Source of the DNA: Candidatus Aminicenantes bacterium | GTDB taxonomy: Bacteria; Acidobacteriota; Aminicenantia; S016-38 | Assembly: GCA_027025175.1 (NCBI GenBank) | Contig: JALVRF010000127.1 | Coordinates: forward strand, 16,140-80,139 | Reading direction: 5' to 3' | Length of the DNA stretch: 64,000 nucleotides | Part shown: positions 9,621-18,504 of the stretch, piece by piece | How the letters are laid out: every line of letters begins with the position of its first letter | Numbering within the stretch: the first letter of the stretch is position 1 | Translations under genes and position numbers: made by a program | The notes under the pieces: generated by a model | Database searches by the model: none | Told to the model about the DNA's origin: nothing | The model's input: the letters and a program-made list of their open reading frames with translations, nothing else

Positions 9621-11860
9621 GCGAAGGAGCCAGGCAGGTTTTAAACTTTGCCAGGCAGATAGCACTTTTTGATTACGGGGATAGTGAGGTGGAACCGGAA
9701 CACCTCCTTCTGGGAATGACCAAAGTCAAAATAGGGAATATCATCAACATACTCAGGGCCTTTCACATAGAGCCCGAACAGTTGAAGGAAGACCTGAGCA
9801 TCCTTAAGCCCTCGGCCTCCGCCATAAAGGTAATATACTCAAACGAACTTCCTCTTAGCGAAGCCAGCCAGAAGGTTTTGATATACGCCGAGGAGGAGGC
9901 TGGCTCCATGAATTCTCCGGTGGTGGGGGTTGAACATCTCCTCCTGGGCATCCTCAAGGAGAAACATTCCATAGCCGCAGAACTCCTCATGAGTTACGGA
10001 ATGAGCCCCATAAGGCTGCGTTCCTACATACTCAGGGGCTTTCCAGAGGACGAGGAATTTCCTCCAGTTCCCGAGGTTCTGGAGGACTTTTCCGTGGACC
10101 TGGTGGACCTGGCGAGAAAGGGGAAAATAGACCCCCTGATAGGCAGGGAGAAGGAAATCAACCAGATAATAAATGTTTTAGCCAGAAGAAAGAAGAACAA
10201 TCCCCTTTTAATAGGTGAAGCAGGGGTGGGCAAAACCGCCATAGTTGAAGGCCTGGCCCACAGAATAGCCCGGGGAAAGGTTCCGGAATTTCTCCGGGAC
10301 AAATCCATCCTGATGCTTTCCCTGTCCGACATAGTGGCAGGGACCAGATACAGAGGTGAATTTGAGGAGAGGATGAGGGACATCCTGGAGGAGGTGGAGG
10401 ACAGGAAGGATGTAATTCTTTTCATAGACGAACTCCACACCATAGTTGGGGCAGGGGCAGCCGAAGGTGCCATAGATGCCGCCTCCATCTTCAAACCCTT
10501 TCTTTCCACCGGAAGAATAAGGATAATAGGCACCACCACCCCGGGTGATTACAGGGCCACCATAGAGCAGGACCCGGCCCTGGAGAGGAGGTTCCAGAAA
10601 ATTTTTGTAAACCCTCCAGATAAAAAGGAGGTTCTGGAAATACTGAAGGGGCTCCGATGGAAATATGCGGCCCATCACGGGGTAAAGTACACCGGAGAGG
10701 CCCTGAAGGCCATGGTAAACCTCTCCGCCCTTTACATTTCCTATCGCGAATTTCCTGACAAAGCGGTGGATCTGATGGATGAGGCAGGGGCCATGGTCCG
10801 ACTCCAGGGAAGAAAAGTGGTAAGGAAGGAAGATGTGGAAAAATTGGTGGCAAGAAAAACCGGGATTCCCCTTCCCACATTAAAGGAAAGCGAGGCTGAT
10901 AGAATATCAAGGCTGAAGGAGAGGATGGAAAGGGAAATTGTGGGCCAGAGAGAGGCTATAGATGCCCTGGTTTCCGCTATAAAGAGGGCCAGTGTTGGAG
11001 TAAGGAGGGGAAAAAGGCCCTGGGGAGTTTTCCTCTTCGTGGGTCCTACCGGAGTTGGAAAAACCCACACCGCCAAGGTTCTTGCCAGGCACCTCATGGG
11101 AAATGAGGATAGACTCATAAGAATAGATATGTCCGAGTTCAGGGAGGAACACAGCGTCTCCAAACTCATCGGTGCTCCCCCCGGATATGTGGGATACGGA
11201 AGGGGAGGATATTTAACGGAGAGGGTGCGTAACAATCCCTATTCCGTCATACTCCTTGACGAGATAGAAAAAGCCCATCCTGCGGTTTTCAACCTGCTTC
11301 TTCAGGTATTTGACGAGGGGAGACTCACGGATGGCATGGGAAGAACCACGGACTTTACCAATACCATAATAATAATGACCTCCAACATCGGAACCAGGGA
11401 GGCCCTTTCTAAAAAGAAGGTGGGATTCGCTTCCCTGGCACCATCCGAGAGGAAAGGAGTCCTCCGCCAGGAGATAAACAACTTCTTCTCCCCTGAATTT
11501 CTCAATCGTCTGGACGAAGTTATATTCTTCCACCCCCTTACAAGGGAAGACCTCAGGAAAATCGTGGACCTTATAGTGGAGGAGATAAATTCCGAGGCAG
11601 AAGCCCTGGGCTGGAAGATAAAAATGAGCCCCGAGGCCACCGACCTGGTGGTGGAAAAGGCGCTTCAGCAGGGCAAGTTCGGGGCCAGGCCCATAAAAAG
11701 AATAATAGAAAGGGAGGTCATAGACCAAGCGGCAAGCCTTCTTTTGAACAAAAGAGGAAAATGGATTATAATTGAGGTCAATGAAAAAAAGGGTAAGTTT
11801 TCTGTTAGTTCTTCTCCTTCTCGCCCCCCTTCTCTGGGCGGTAAAGATAAAGAAGATTGA
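9605..11860 (+). CDS. ATP-dependent Clp/Hsp100 chaperone (ClpC-like: two Clp_N repeats and two AAA+ modules, no long M-domain)
   Basis: GEAGVGKTA and GPTGVGKT Walker A motifs, sensor motifs, and Clp_N repeats at the N-terminus. The C-terminal roughly 20 aa read into the bamA start region. Confidence 0.85.
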   Translation: MLHKLSEGARQVLNFARQIALFDYGDSEVEPEHLLLGMTKVKIGNIINILRAFHIEPEQLKEDLSILKPSASAIKVIYSNELPLSEASQKVLIYAEEEAGSMNSPVVGVEHLLLGILKEKHSIAAELLMSYGMSPIRLRSYILRGFPEDEEFPPVPEVLEDFSVDLVDLARKGKIDPLIGREKEINQIINVLARRKKNNPLLIGEAGVGKTAIVEGLAHRIARGKVPEFLRDKSILMLSLSDIVAGTRYRGEFEERMRDILEEVEDRKDVILFIDELHTIVGAGAAEGAIDAASIFKPFLSTGRIRIIGTTTPGDYRATIEQDPALERRFQKIFVNPPDKKEVLEILKGLRWKYAAHHGVKYTGEALKAMVNLSALYISYREFPDKAVDLMDEAGAMVRLQGRKVVRKEDVEKLVARKTGIPLPTLKESEADRISRLKERMEREIVGQREAIDALVSAIKRASVGVRRGKRPWGVFLFVGPTGVGKTHTAKVLARHLMGNEDRLIRIDMSEFREEHSVSKLIGAPPGYVGYGRGGYLTERVRNNPYSVILLDEIEKAHPAVFNLLLQVFDEGRLTDGMGRTTDFTNTIIIMTSNIGTREALSKKKVGFASLAPSERKGVLRQEINNFFSPEFLNRLDEVIFFHPLTREDLRKIVDLIVEEINSEAEALGWKIKMSPEATDLVVEKALQQGKFGARPIKRIIEREVIDQAASLLLNKRGKWIIIEVNEKKGKFSVSSSPSRPPSLGGKDKED

Positions 11861-14069
11861 AATCGCGGGACTGAAAAGACTATCTCCGGAAACGGTAAAG
11901 TATTACCTGGTATCCTCAGAGGGAATGGACTATGCGCCTGCACGGATACGGCAGGATATAGAAAATCTATGGAAGACCGGCTTCTTCTCCGACATCCAGG
12001 TATTCGTGAAGAACAACGGTGAGATCATAAGGTTCGTGGTAAAGGAAAGACCCATAATAAAAAAGGTAATAATAAAAACCGACCGTTATGTTAAGAAAAG
12101 CGACATAACCGACAAACTCAAGGAAAAGGGGGCCGAAATACTGCCCTATTCCTATTACCAGCCCTCCAGAATAGCCAGGGCCAAAAGGGTAATAGAGGAA
12201 TTTCTGAAGGAAAAGGGATTTGCCCTGGGTAAGGTCACCGTGGAGAAGAAGGGCAAGGATGAAATAACCCTGATTTTCAATGTGAAAGCCGGAGGGAAAC
12301 TGAGGATAGGGGCCGTGGAGATCCTGGGAAACCAGATTGTTCCCTCAAAGGTTCTCGTAGGTGCCATAAAATCCGTAAGGGAATTTACTCCCACGAATCT
12401 GATATACCTGAAGAAGACTGTCTTCTCCTCCAAGGCCCTTAAAGACGCCAGGGAAGAGTTAAGAAAAAAATACCTTGATCTGGGCTTCCTTGATGTTTAT
12501 GTATCGGAACCAGAAGTAAAGATAATAGAAAAAAGGGACTTCCTGGGGCAGAAGAGGAAGATGGTGAAGGTGATTTTCAGGGTAAACGAGGGGAACATCT
12601 ACCGGGTAGGGAAGATTAACATCATGGGAAACAAGGCCTTCCCCACGGCCCTTATTAAAAATTTAATATTGATTAAGACCAACGAAATATATTCCCTTTC
12701 TAAAAGGGAAGACTCGGTTAAAAACCTTCAGGACCTTTACGGCTCCATAGGCTATATATACACCCAGATAATTCCCATTGAAGAACCCAAGCCTGAAAGC
12801 CACAGGGTGGACATAACCTTCAGGATTATTGAAAACAAGAGGGTCAGGCTTCATCGCTTAGACTTCAAAGGAAACACCTACACCTACGATAAAGTCCTGA
12901 GGAGGGAATTCCTCCTGGCAGAGGGGGATTATTTCAATGTGGGCGCCTTCAAAAACAGCCTTATAAGGATAAGGCAACTGGGAATCGTGGAGATAAAGGA
13001 AAATCCCGATTTTCATCCCGTGGGCGACGACAAGATGGATGTGGTGGTGAAAGTGGAGGAGATGCACAGGAACCAGATTTTCTTCAACGCAGGATATGGA
13101 GGATTTTTCGGTTATTTCGTGGGTGGCTCCTTTTCTACCTCCAATTTCATGGGAAAGGGAGAGAACATAACTCTGTTTCTCCAGTACGGAACCAGATATA
13201 AAAGTTATAGCATTTCCTTCACCGAACCATACCTCTTTGACCGGCCTGTATTCTTAACTTTCAATGTTCACAACAACCTCTCCATATTCCCCTTCATGTT
13301 CACCAGGCAGATGAAGGGCGGAGGGGTAACCTTCGGCTTCAAGAGGGGTTTCTGGAGGCTTGACCTCTCCTACACCAACGATTTCATCTCCCTTAAGGAT
13401 GTAAACGAGGATTACCTGAAAAACCTGCCCCCCTTCTATCGCCTCCTGTGGCTGACAAACATGAGGATTGCCGCCATATCCCCGGTAATTTACCGCTCCA
13501 GCGTGGATTCCCCCATCTGGCCCGAGAAGGGAACCCTTTATCTTTACGGGGTGAAAATTGCCAATAAAGCCCTGGGAAGTGAAACTGATTTCATAAGCAA
13601 CTGGATAGAGTTTACCCATTACCACAAGTTTAAATGGGGACACATTCTGGGGACCCATTTCAGGCTCCAGTACATGAAGGCTCTGGGAAACAGTACCATC
13701 CCCATTTACGAGAGAATCTTCATGGGAGGAGAACAGTCTCTGAGGGGCTTTGATTTCTACAGGGTAAGTCCACAGGAAAACGGGGTTAGAATAGGCGGGA
13801 CCAAGTCCATTTTATTCAATCTTGAATATGAAATACGCATGAAGAACTCGCCCATGTCCGTGGTTCTTTTTATGGATGCGGGAAATGTTTACGCAGAGGA
13901 CCAGAAAATGGACATCACGGACCTCTATTATTGTGTGGGGGTGGAAGGAAGGGTTTTCGTGGAAATGCTCAGAATACCCTTCCGCCTTATAATATCCTAT
14001 AACCCGAAACTTCCCACCAAGTACGATAGAAACTTCACCATCAGGATAGGGATGGGAAGAACATTCTAA
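11781..14069 (+). CDS. bamA: Outer membrane protein assembly factor BamA
   Basis: Signal peptide, POTRA repeats, a C-terminal beta-barrel ending ...RIGMGRTF. ATG at 11781 is preferred over the TTG at 11772. Confidence 0.85.
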   Translation: MKKRVSFLLVLLLLAPLLWAVKIKKIEIAGLKRLSPETVKYYLVSSEGMDYAPARIRQDIENLWKTGFFSDIQVFVKNNGEIIRFVVKERPIIKKVIIKTDRYVKKSDITDKLKEKGAEILPYSYYQPSRIARAKRVIEEFLKEKGFALGKVTVEKKGKDEITLIFNVKAGGKLRIGAVEILGNQIVPSKVLVGAIKSVREFTPTNLIYLKKTVFSSKALKDAREELRKKYLDLGFLDVYVSEPEVKIIEKRDFLGQKRKMVKVIFRVNEGNIYRVGKINIMGNKAFPTALIKNLILIKTNEIYSLSKREDSVKNLQDLYGSIGYIYTQIIPIEEPKPESHRVDITFRIIENKRVRLHRLDFKGNTYTYDKVLRREFLLAEGDYFNVGAFKNSLIRIRQLGIVEIKENPDFHPVGDDKMDVVVKVEEMHRNQIFFNAGYGGFFGYFVGGSFSTSNFMGKGENITLFLQYGTRYKSYSISFTEPYLFDRPVFLTFNVHNNLSIFPFMFTRQMKGGGVTFGFKRGFWRLDLSYTNDFISLKDVNEDYLKNLPPFYRLLWLTNMRIAAISPVIYRSSVDSPIWPEKGTLYLYGVKIANKALGSETDFISNWIEFTHYHKFKWGHILGTHFRLQYMKALGNSTIPIYERIFMGGEQSLRGFDFYRVSPQENGVRIGGTKSILFNLEYEIRMKNSPMSVVLFMDAGNVYAEDQKMDITDLYYCVGVEGRVFVEMLRIPFRLIISYNPKLPTKYDRNFTIRIGMGRTF

Positions 14070-14083
14070 TTTAGGAGGTATCC

Positions 14084-14611
14084 ATGAAAAAGGTATTAAC
14101 GGCAATCACAGCATTAATTATTCTGGCTGGGTTCTCCCTGGCTCAAAAGGTAAGAATTGGAGTGGTAAATCCAGATTATATCCTGGCGAATTCCAAGGAA
14201 GGGAAGAAAATACTCAGTGAACTCCAGGCCATCCAGAAAAGGAAACAGGCAGAGATAGCCCGCAGGCAGAAGGAAATTCAGGATCTTCAGAGAAAACTCC
14301 AGGCCCAGCAGGGCATTATGAGCCAGCAGGCCCTTCAGAACCTTGAGGATAAAATAGTGGAAAAACAGAAGGCCCTGAAGAGGTATGTGGACGATGCCAA
14401 GGACGAACTGGCGAGGCTCAACCAGAAGAAACTGGGGGCCTTCCAGCAGAAGATGTTGAAGGTCATAAAGAAGGTGGCCAAGGCCAAGGGCCTGGTGGTG
14501 GTTCTCGACCAGCGTCAACTTATATATGCCGACCCCGTGGTGAACATTTCCTCCGAGGTGATAGGGGAACTGGACAGGATGTTTGACAAAAAGATAGGAA
14601 TAGGAAAATGA
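14084..14611 (+). CDS. skp: Periplasmic chaperone Skp (OmpH)
   Basis: Signal peptide, coiled-coil K/E/Q-rich body, and position directly after bamA. Confidence 0.75.
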   Translation: MKKVLTAITALIILAGFSLAQKVRIGVVNPDYILANSKEGKKILSELQAIQKRKQAEIARRQKEIQDLQRKLQAQQGIMSQQALQNLEDKIVEKQKALKRYVDDAKDELARLNQKKLGAFQQKMLKVIKKVAKAKGLVVVLDQRQLIYADPVVNISSEVIGELDRMFDKKIGIGK

Positions 14612-15039
14612 AGGTAGAAGAAATCCTTGCCCTTCTTCCCCACCGTTATCCCTTCATGCTGGTGGACAGAATAAAGGAAGTGGAGGAGGGAAAAAGGATA
14701 GTGGGCATAAAAAATGTCACCTTCAATGAGGCCTTTTTCCAGGGACATTTTCCTGGGCGTCCCATAATGCCAGGGGTGCTAATCCTGGAAGCCATGGCCC
14801 AGACAGGGGCTGTGCTCCTTCTCTACTCCTTTGAGGAAGCCAGGAAAAAACTTTTCTACCTGGCTGGTATAAAAGAGGCCAAGTTCAAAAGACCCGTGGT
14901 TCCCGGCGATGTTCTGGAAATGGAGTTAGTGGTAGAAAGGCTGAGGAGCAACTATGCGGCCATGAGGGGCACCGCCAGGGTGGACGGGGAAATAGCAGCC
15001 CAGGCCCTTATCCAATCCATAGGGGTTCCGCAGGAATGA
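14608..15039 (+). CDS. fabZ: 3-hydroxyacyl-ACP dehydratase
   Basis: [13 protein letters not shown] and [23 protein letters not shown] hotdog motifs. Confidence 0.9.
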   Translation: MKVEEILALLPHRYPFMLVDRIKEVEEGKRIVGIKNVTFNEAFFQGHFPGRPIMPGVLILEAMAQTGAVLLLYSFEEARKKLFYLAGIKEAKFKRPVVPGDVLEMELVVERLRSNYAAMRGTARVDGEIAAQALIQSIGVPQE

Positions 15040-15842
15040 AGGTTCATCCCACGGCTCAACTCCTGGGAAAGGTTCACTTAGAAGAGGGGGTGGATGTAGG
15101 CCCCTTTACCATCCTGGACGGAAGGGCAGGAGAAGTTCGTATAGGAAAGGGAACGGTGATTCACGGTCATGTGTGGATACAGGGACCAACCTTCATCGGG
15201 GAAGAAAACATAATATACCCTTTCGCCTCCATCGGGGGAGGCCCGCAGGATATAGGCTACAAGCAGGAACCCACGGAGATATTCATAGGCAACAGAAACA
15301 TAATCCGCGAGTATGTGACGGTTAACAAGGGCTCTACCAAGGACAGGGGGAAAACCGTAATCGGCGATGATAATTACTTCATGGCCTATTCCCATATAGC
15401 CCATGACTGCAAAATAGGTAACCATGTTGTTTTCACAAACGGTGCATCCATAGCAGGCCATGTGGAAGTCCACGACTACGCCATATTGAGTGCCTTTGTG
15501 GGGGTCCAGCAGTTTGCGAGAATAGGTGCCCATTCCTTCGTGGGAGGATACAGCGCGGTAACCCAGGATGTTCTTCCCTACGCCAAGGTGGTGGGAATAA
15601 GGCCCTTAGAGGTGGTGGGGGTGAACACAGTGGGCCTCTCAAGGAGGGGATTCTCCCGGGAACAGATAAGGGCCATTGATCGGGCCTTTCGCATCCTACT
15701 TCGCTCAGGTCTGCTCCTCAAGGAGGCCATTGCTAAAATTGAAGAGGAACTGGGGGATAGGGAGGAGATAAAACTCCTTCTGGACTTTCTCAAAACCCTG
15801 GACCCCAGAAGGGGCTTCCACAGAAAAGTTCGGGGGAGATGA
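15036..15842 (+). CDS. lpxA: Acyl-ACP--UDP-N-acetylglucosamine O-acyltransferase
   Basis: Left-handed beta-helix hexapeptide repeats with a C-terminal helical domain; fabZ-lpxA synteny. Confidence 0.9.
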   Translation: MKVHPTAQLLGKVHLEEGVDVGPFTILDGRAGEVRIGKGTVIHGHVWIQGPTFIGEENIIYPFASIGGGPQDIGYKQEPTEIFIGNRNIIREYVTVNKGSTKDRGKTVIGDDNYFMAYSHIAHDCKIGNHVVFTNGASIAGHVEVHDYAILSAFVGVQQFARIGAHSFVGGYSAVTQDVLPYAKVVGIRPLEVVGVNTVGLSRRGFSREQIRAIDRAFRILLRSGLLLKEAIAKIEEELGDREEIKLLLDFLKTLDPRRGFHRKVRGR

Positions 15843-16627
15843 AACTTCTGGTAATAGCAGGGGAAGGAGACCTCCCCCGGGAAGTTGCCAGGGGAGCCCT
15901 TTCCCAGGGGCATCAGGTTGTAGTTTTTAATTTTTCCACCTCTCCCTTTGAAGATGGGCAGGTTTACAATTTTAAACTGGAAGAACTGCCCCGGGCTCTG
16001 AGAGTATTAGAAGAAATTTCCCCTGACCAGGCCGTGATGGCTGGAAAGGTTGAGCACAAACTGGCCTTTTCCTCCCTCATAAAAAAACCCTCTCTTATTC
16101 CCATTGTAAAAAGGTTAAAGGGGAAAAGACCCTTGGAAATACTCCAGAGTCTGGGGGAGATGCTGGAGGAAAGGGGGGTGAAAATGGTATCCCCCCTTGA
16201 GTTCGTTCCCCACTTAGTTGCCAGGGAAGGAGAAAGGGTGGGGAAATTCTCAGAGGATGAGATAGAACAGGTTCGCATGGCCTTTTCCACAGCAAAAAAA
16301 ATAGCCGGGATGGACATAGGACAGAGTATAGCCTGGAAGGAAGGGGCGGTGGTGGCAGTGGAGGCCATGGAAGGAACCGACGAAATGATCAGGAGGGCAG
16401 GGAAATTGGTTAAGGATTTCATGGTAGTCAAGGTAAGCAGACCAGCCCAGGACCTTCGCTACGACCTTCCCGTGGTGGGCCTTTCCACCCTCAGGGCCCT
16501 TAAAGAGGCAGGGGCAAGGAGCCTGGTTATTGAGGCGGAAAAAACTCTTTTCCTTCAGAGGGAAGAAAGTTTGAAAACGGCTAAGAAAAACGGAATAAAG
16601 GTGATATCGTGGAAAGAATCAAATTAG
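15839..16627 (+). CDS. lpxI: UDP-2,3-diacylglucosamine pyrophosphatase LpxI (DUF1009)
   Basis: 262 aa placed directly after lpxA, as for characterised lpxI genes. Glycine-rich N-terminus and MKLLVIAGEGDLP-type start. Confidence 0.65.
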   Translation: MKLLVIAGEGDLPREVARGALSQGHQVVVFNFSTSPFEDGQVYNFKLEELPRALRVLEEISPDQAVMAGKVEHKLAFSSLIKKPSLIPIVKRLKGKRPLEILQSLGEMLEERGVKMVSPLEFVPHLVAREGERVGKFSEDEIEQVRMAFSTAKKIAGMDIGQSIAWKEGAVVAVEAMEGTDEMIRRAGKLVKDFMVVKVSRPAQDLRYDLPVVGLSTLRALKEAGARSLVIEAEKTLFLQREESLKTAKKNGIKVISWKESN

Positions 16628-17520
16628 CGGTAATCGGGGTAGGGAAACTGGGAAGCCTCCACTCCAGGGTAATTTCGCAAATGCAGGAGGCGGAACTGGT
16701 ATATGTGGTGGACATTATAAAGGAAAGGGCAGAGGAAGTGGGGGCAGAATACTCTGCAGAACCCCTGCTGGATTACCGACAGGTAAGGGATGTGGACGGG
16801 GTGGTAATAGCAACCCCCACCTATGCCCATTACGAGATAGCCAGTTATTTTTTGCAAAGGGGGGTAAACCTGCTGGTGGAAAAGCCCATTGCCTCTTCGG
16901 CAGAGCAGGCAGAGAAACTCCTTTCCTTGGCCAGGGAAAACGGGGTGATTCTTCATGTGGGCCATGTGGAAAGGTTTAACCCTGCAGCCAGGAAATTATT
17001 CGAAATTGAAGAAAAACCCCATTTTATCAGGGCCCAGAGGCTTTCCCCCTTTACCGGAAGGTCCCTGGACATTGATGTGGTTCAGGACCTGATGATCCAC
17101 GACCTGGAGATAATTCTTTCCCTGCTCGGCGAGACCCCTGAGATTATCCACGCCTCCGGCGTTACCTTCGTAACGGACAAACTGGATTTTGCCACCACAA
17201 TTTTAAAATTTCCCTCCTGTGTGGCAGAGGTAACCGCCAGCAGAATTTACGACAAGAAACTCCGCCGCTTGGACGCCTTTTTCCCCTCTGGGCTGTATGT
17301 GAAACTTGACTTTGCCCAGAACACCTTTGCCCGTTTCAGGCCCACCATTTATGGAATTGAGGAAGAGTGGACCAGGATTGTCTCCAAGGAACCCCTCAGG
17401 GCTCAGATGGAAAGGTTCCTGGAAGCAATAAAGGGAAAGGAATCCCCATGGGATGAGACAGCGGTTCAGGCCCTGAGCCTTGCTGAGAAAATCTCTGCCC
17501 GTGCTGAAGGAAATCTTTAA
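16609..17520 (+). CDS. Gfo/Idh/MocA-family NAD-dependent oxidoreductase (candidate UDP-GlcNAc 3-dehydrogenase GnnA)
   Basis: Rossmann motif AVIGVGKLG and the EKP motif LLVEKPIA. GTG start. Sits inside the lpx cluster. Confidence 0.65.
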   Translation: MERIKLAVIGVGKLGSLHSRVISQMQEAELVYVVDIIKERAEEVGAEYSAEPLLDYRQVRDVDGVVIATPTYAHYEIASYFLQRGVNLLVEKPIASSAEQAEKLLSLARENGVILHVGHVERFNPAARKLFEIEEKPHFIRAQRLSPFTGRSLDIDVVQDLMIHDLEIILSLLGETPEIIHASGVTFVTDKLDFATTILKFPSCVAEVTASRIYDKKLRRLDAFFPSGLYVKLDFAQNTFARFRPTIYGIEEEWTRIVSKEPLRAQMERFLEAIKGKESPWDETAVQALSLAEKISARAEGNL

Positions 17521-18475
17521 ACAGGCTTCCACCTCGGGAATTCTGGGAGGTGAGGCTCTCCTGGGCGAAAAGGGAAATCTTGTTTACTACGAAAGTTATG
17601 GACACAGGAGAATAATCCCCAGGCCCGAACCGTGGGAAAGGGACCTCTTCCTTGACCTTGCCTCCATAACAAAACCTCTGGTAACCGCTCATCTTATCCT
17701 GTGGCTTTCCCAAAAAGGGGAATTATCCCTGCACGACCCCCTGGGAAAATACATTAACCCCACCCGCATCGGGCAGGTTCTCCTCCTTGAACTGGCCACC
17801 CACACCTCAGGACTTCCCGCGTGGGTTCCTCTTTATAAAGAGGGTCCAGGAAGGGAAAAAATGAAGAGGGTTCTTTTTTCCCTTGAGAGCAAGGAAAGGG
17901 GGAAAGTAAATTACAGCTGCATGGGATACTTCTACCTGGGACTGGTGATAGAGAAAATAACAGGGAAAAGACTGGGTGAGGTGGCCCAGGAGTTTTTCCG
18001 CAGGCGGGGAATGGAATTGAGGATGGGAAGGGCCGAACCTGCGGTTCCCACAGAACTGGGAAACGTCTACGAAAAGGAAAAGGCTCCTGATGCAGAGGTG
18101 AAATTCAGGGAGCATCTCATAGAGGGGGAAGTCCATGACGGAAATTCCTTCTACTGGGGTGGTGACGGGGGAAACGCCGGGGCTTTTTTAAGGGCTAAGG
18201 AGCTCCTTAAATATCCAGAACTCTTTGATGAACTTGCAGATGCCAGGAGCTACGCCCTTTCCCCCCTGGCCGAAGGGAGAAGTTTCGGCTGGGAGGTAAG
18301 GGGAAGTGTCCTTCTCCATCACGGCTTTACCGGTGGAACCTTAGCCTTTTCCCCGAAAAACCATCGCTTAGCCTTTCTTTACCTCAATAGAACCCATCCC
18401 AGGGTGAGGTTGAAGGAAATGGAAAAGCCCAGGGCAGATTTCCTGGCCAAGGCCTTTAAGTTCTTAAAATCGTAA
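17480..18475 (+). CDS. Serine hydrolase, beta-lactamase/PBP-related family
   Basis: SxxK motif SITK in an N-terminal helix; fold pattern similar to class C beta-lactamase and esterase. Confidence 0.6.
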   Translation: MLRKSLPVLKEIFKQASTSGILGGEALLGEKGNLVYYESYGHRRIIPRPEPWERDLFLDLASITKPLVTAHLILWLSQKGELSLHDPLGKYINPTRIGQVLLLELATHTSGLPAWVPLYKEGPGREKMKRVLFSLESKERGKVNYSCMGYFYLGLVIEKITGKRLGEVAQEFFRRRGMELRMGRAEPAVPTELGNVYEKEKAPDAEVKFREHLIEGEVHDGNSFYWGGDGGNAGAFLRAKELLKYPELFDELADARSYALSPLAEGRSFGWEVRGSVLLHHGFTGGTLAFSPKNHRLAFLYLNRTHPRVRLKEMEKPRADFLAKAFKFLKS

Positions 18476-18479
18476 AAAA

Positions 18480-18498
18480 ATACGTATTTCCGTATAAT
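18480..18498 (+). promoter_or_regulatory. Inverted repeat ATACG-N6-CGTAT overlapping a TATAAT -10 6 nt upstream of the M1 peptidase ATG
   Basis: aTACGtatttcCGTATaat; TATAAT 18493..18498; ATG 18505; no SD. Confidence 0.4.
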
Positions 18499-18504
18499 TA
18501 GAAT

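Noticed and set aside
11772-11780. TTG at 11772 as the bamA start
   Set aside because: The ATG at 11781 gives a canonical signal peptide (MKKRVSFLLVLLLL…) and is more plausible.
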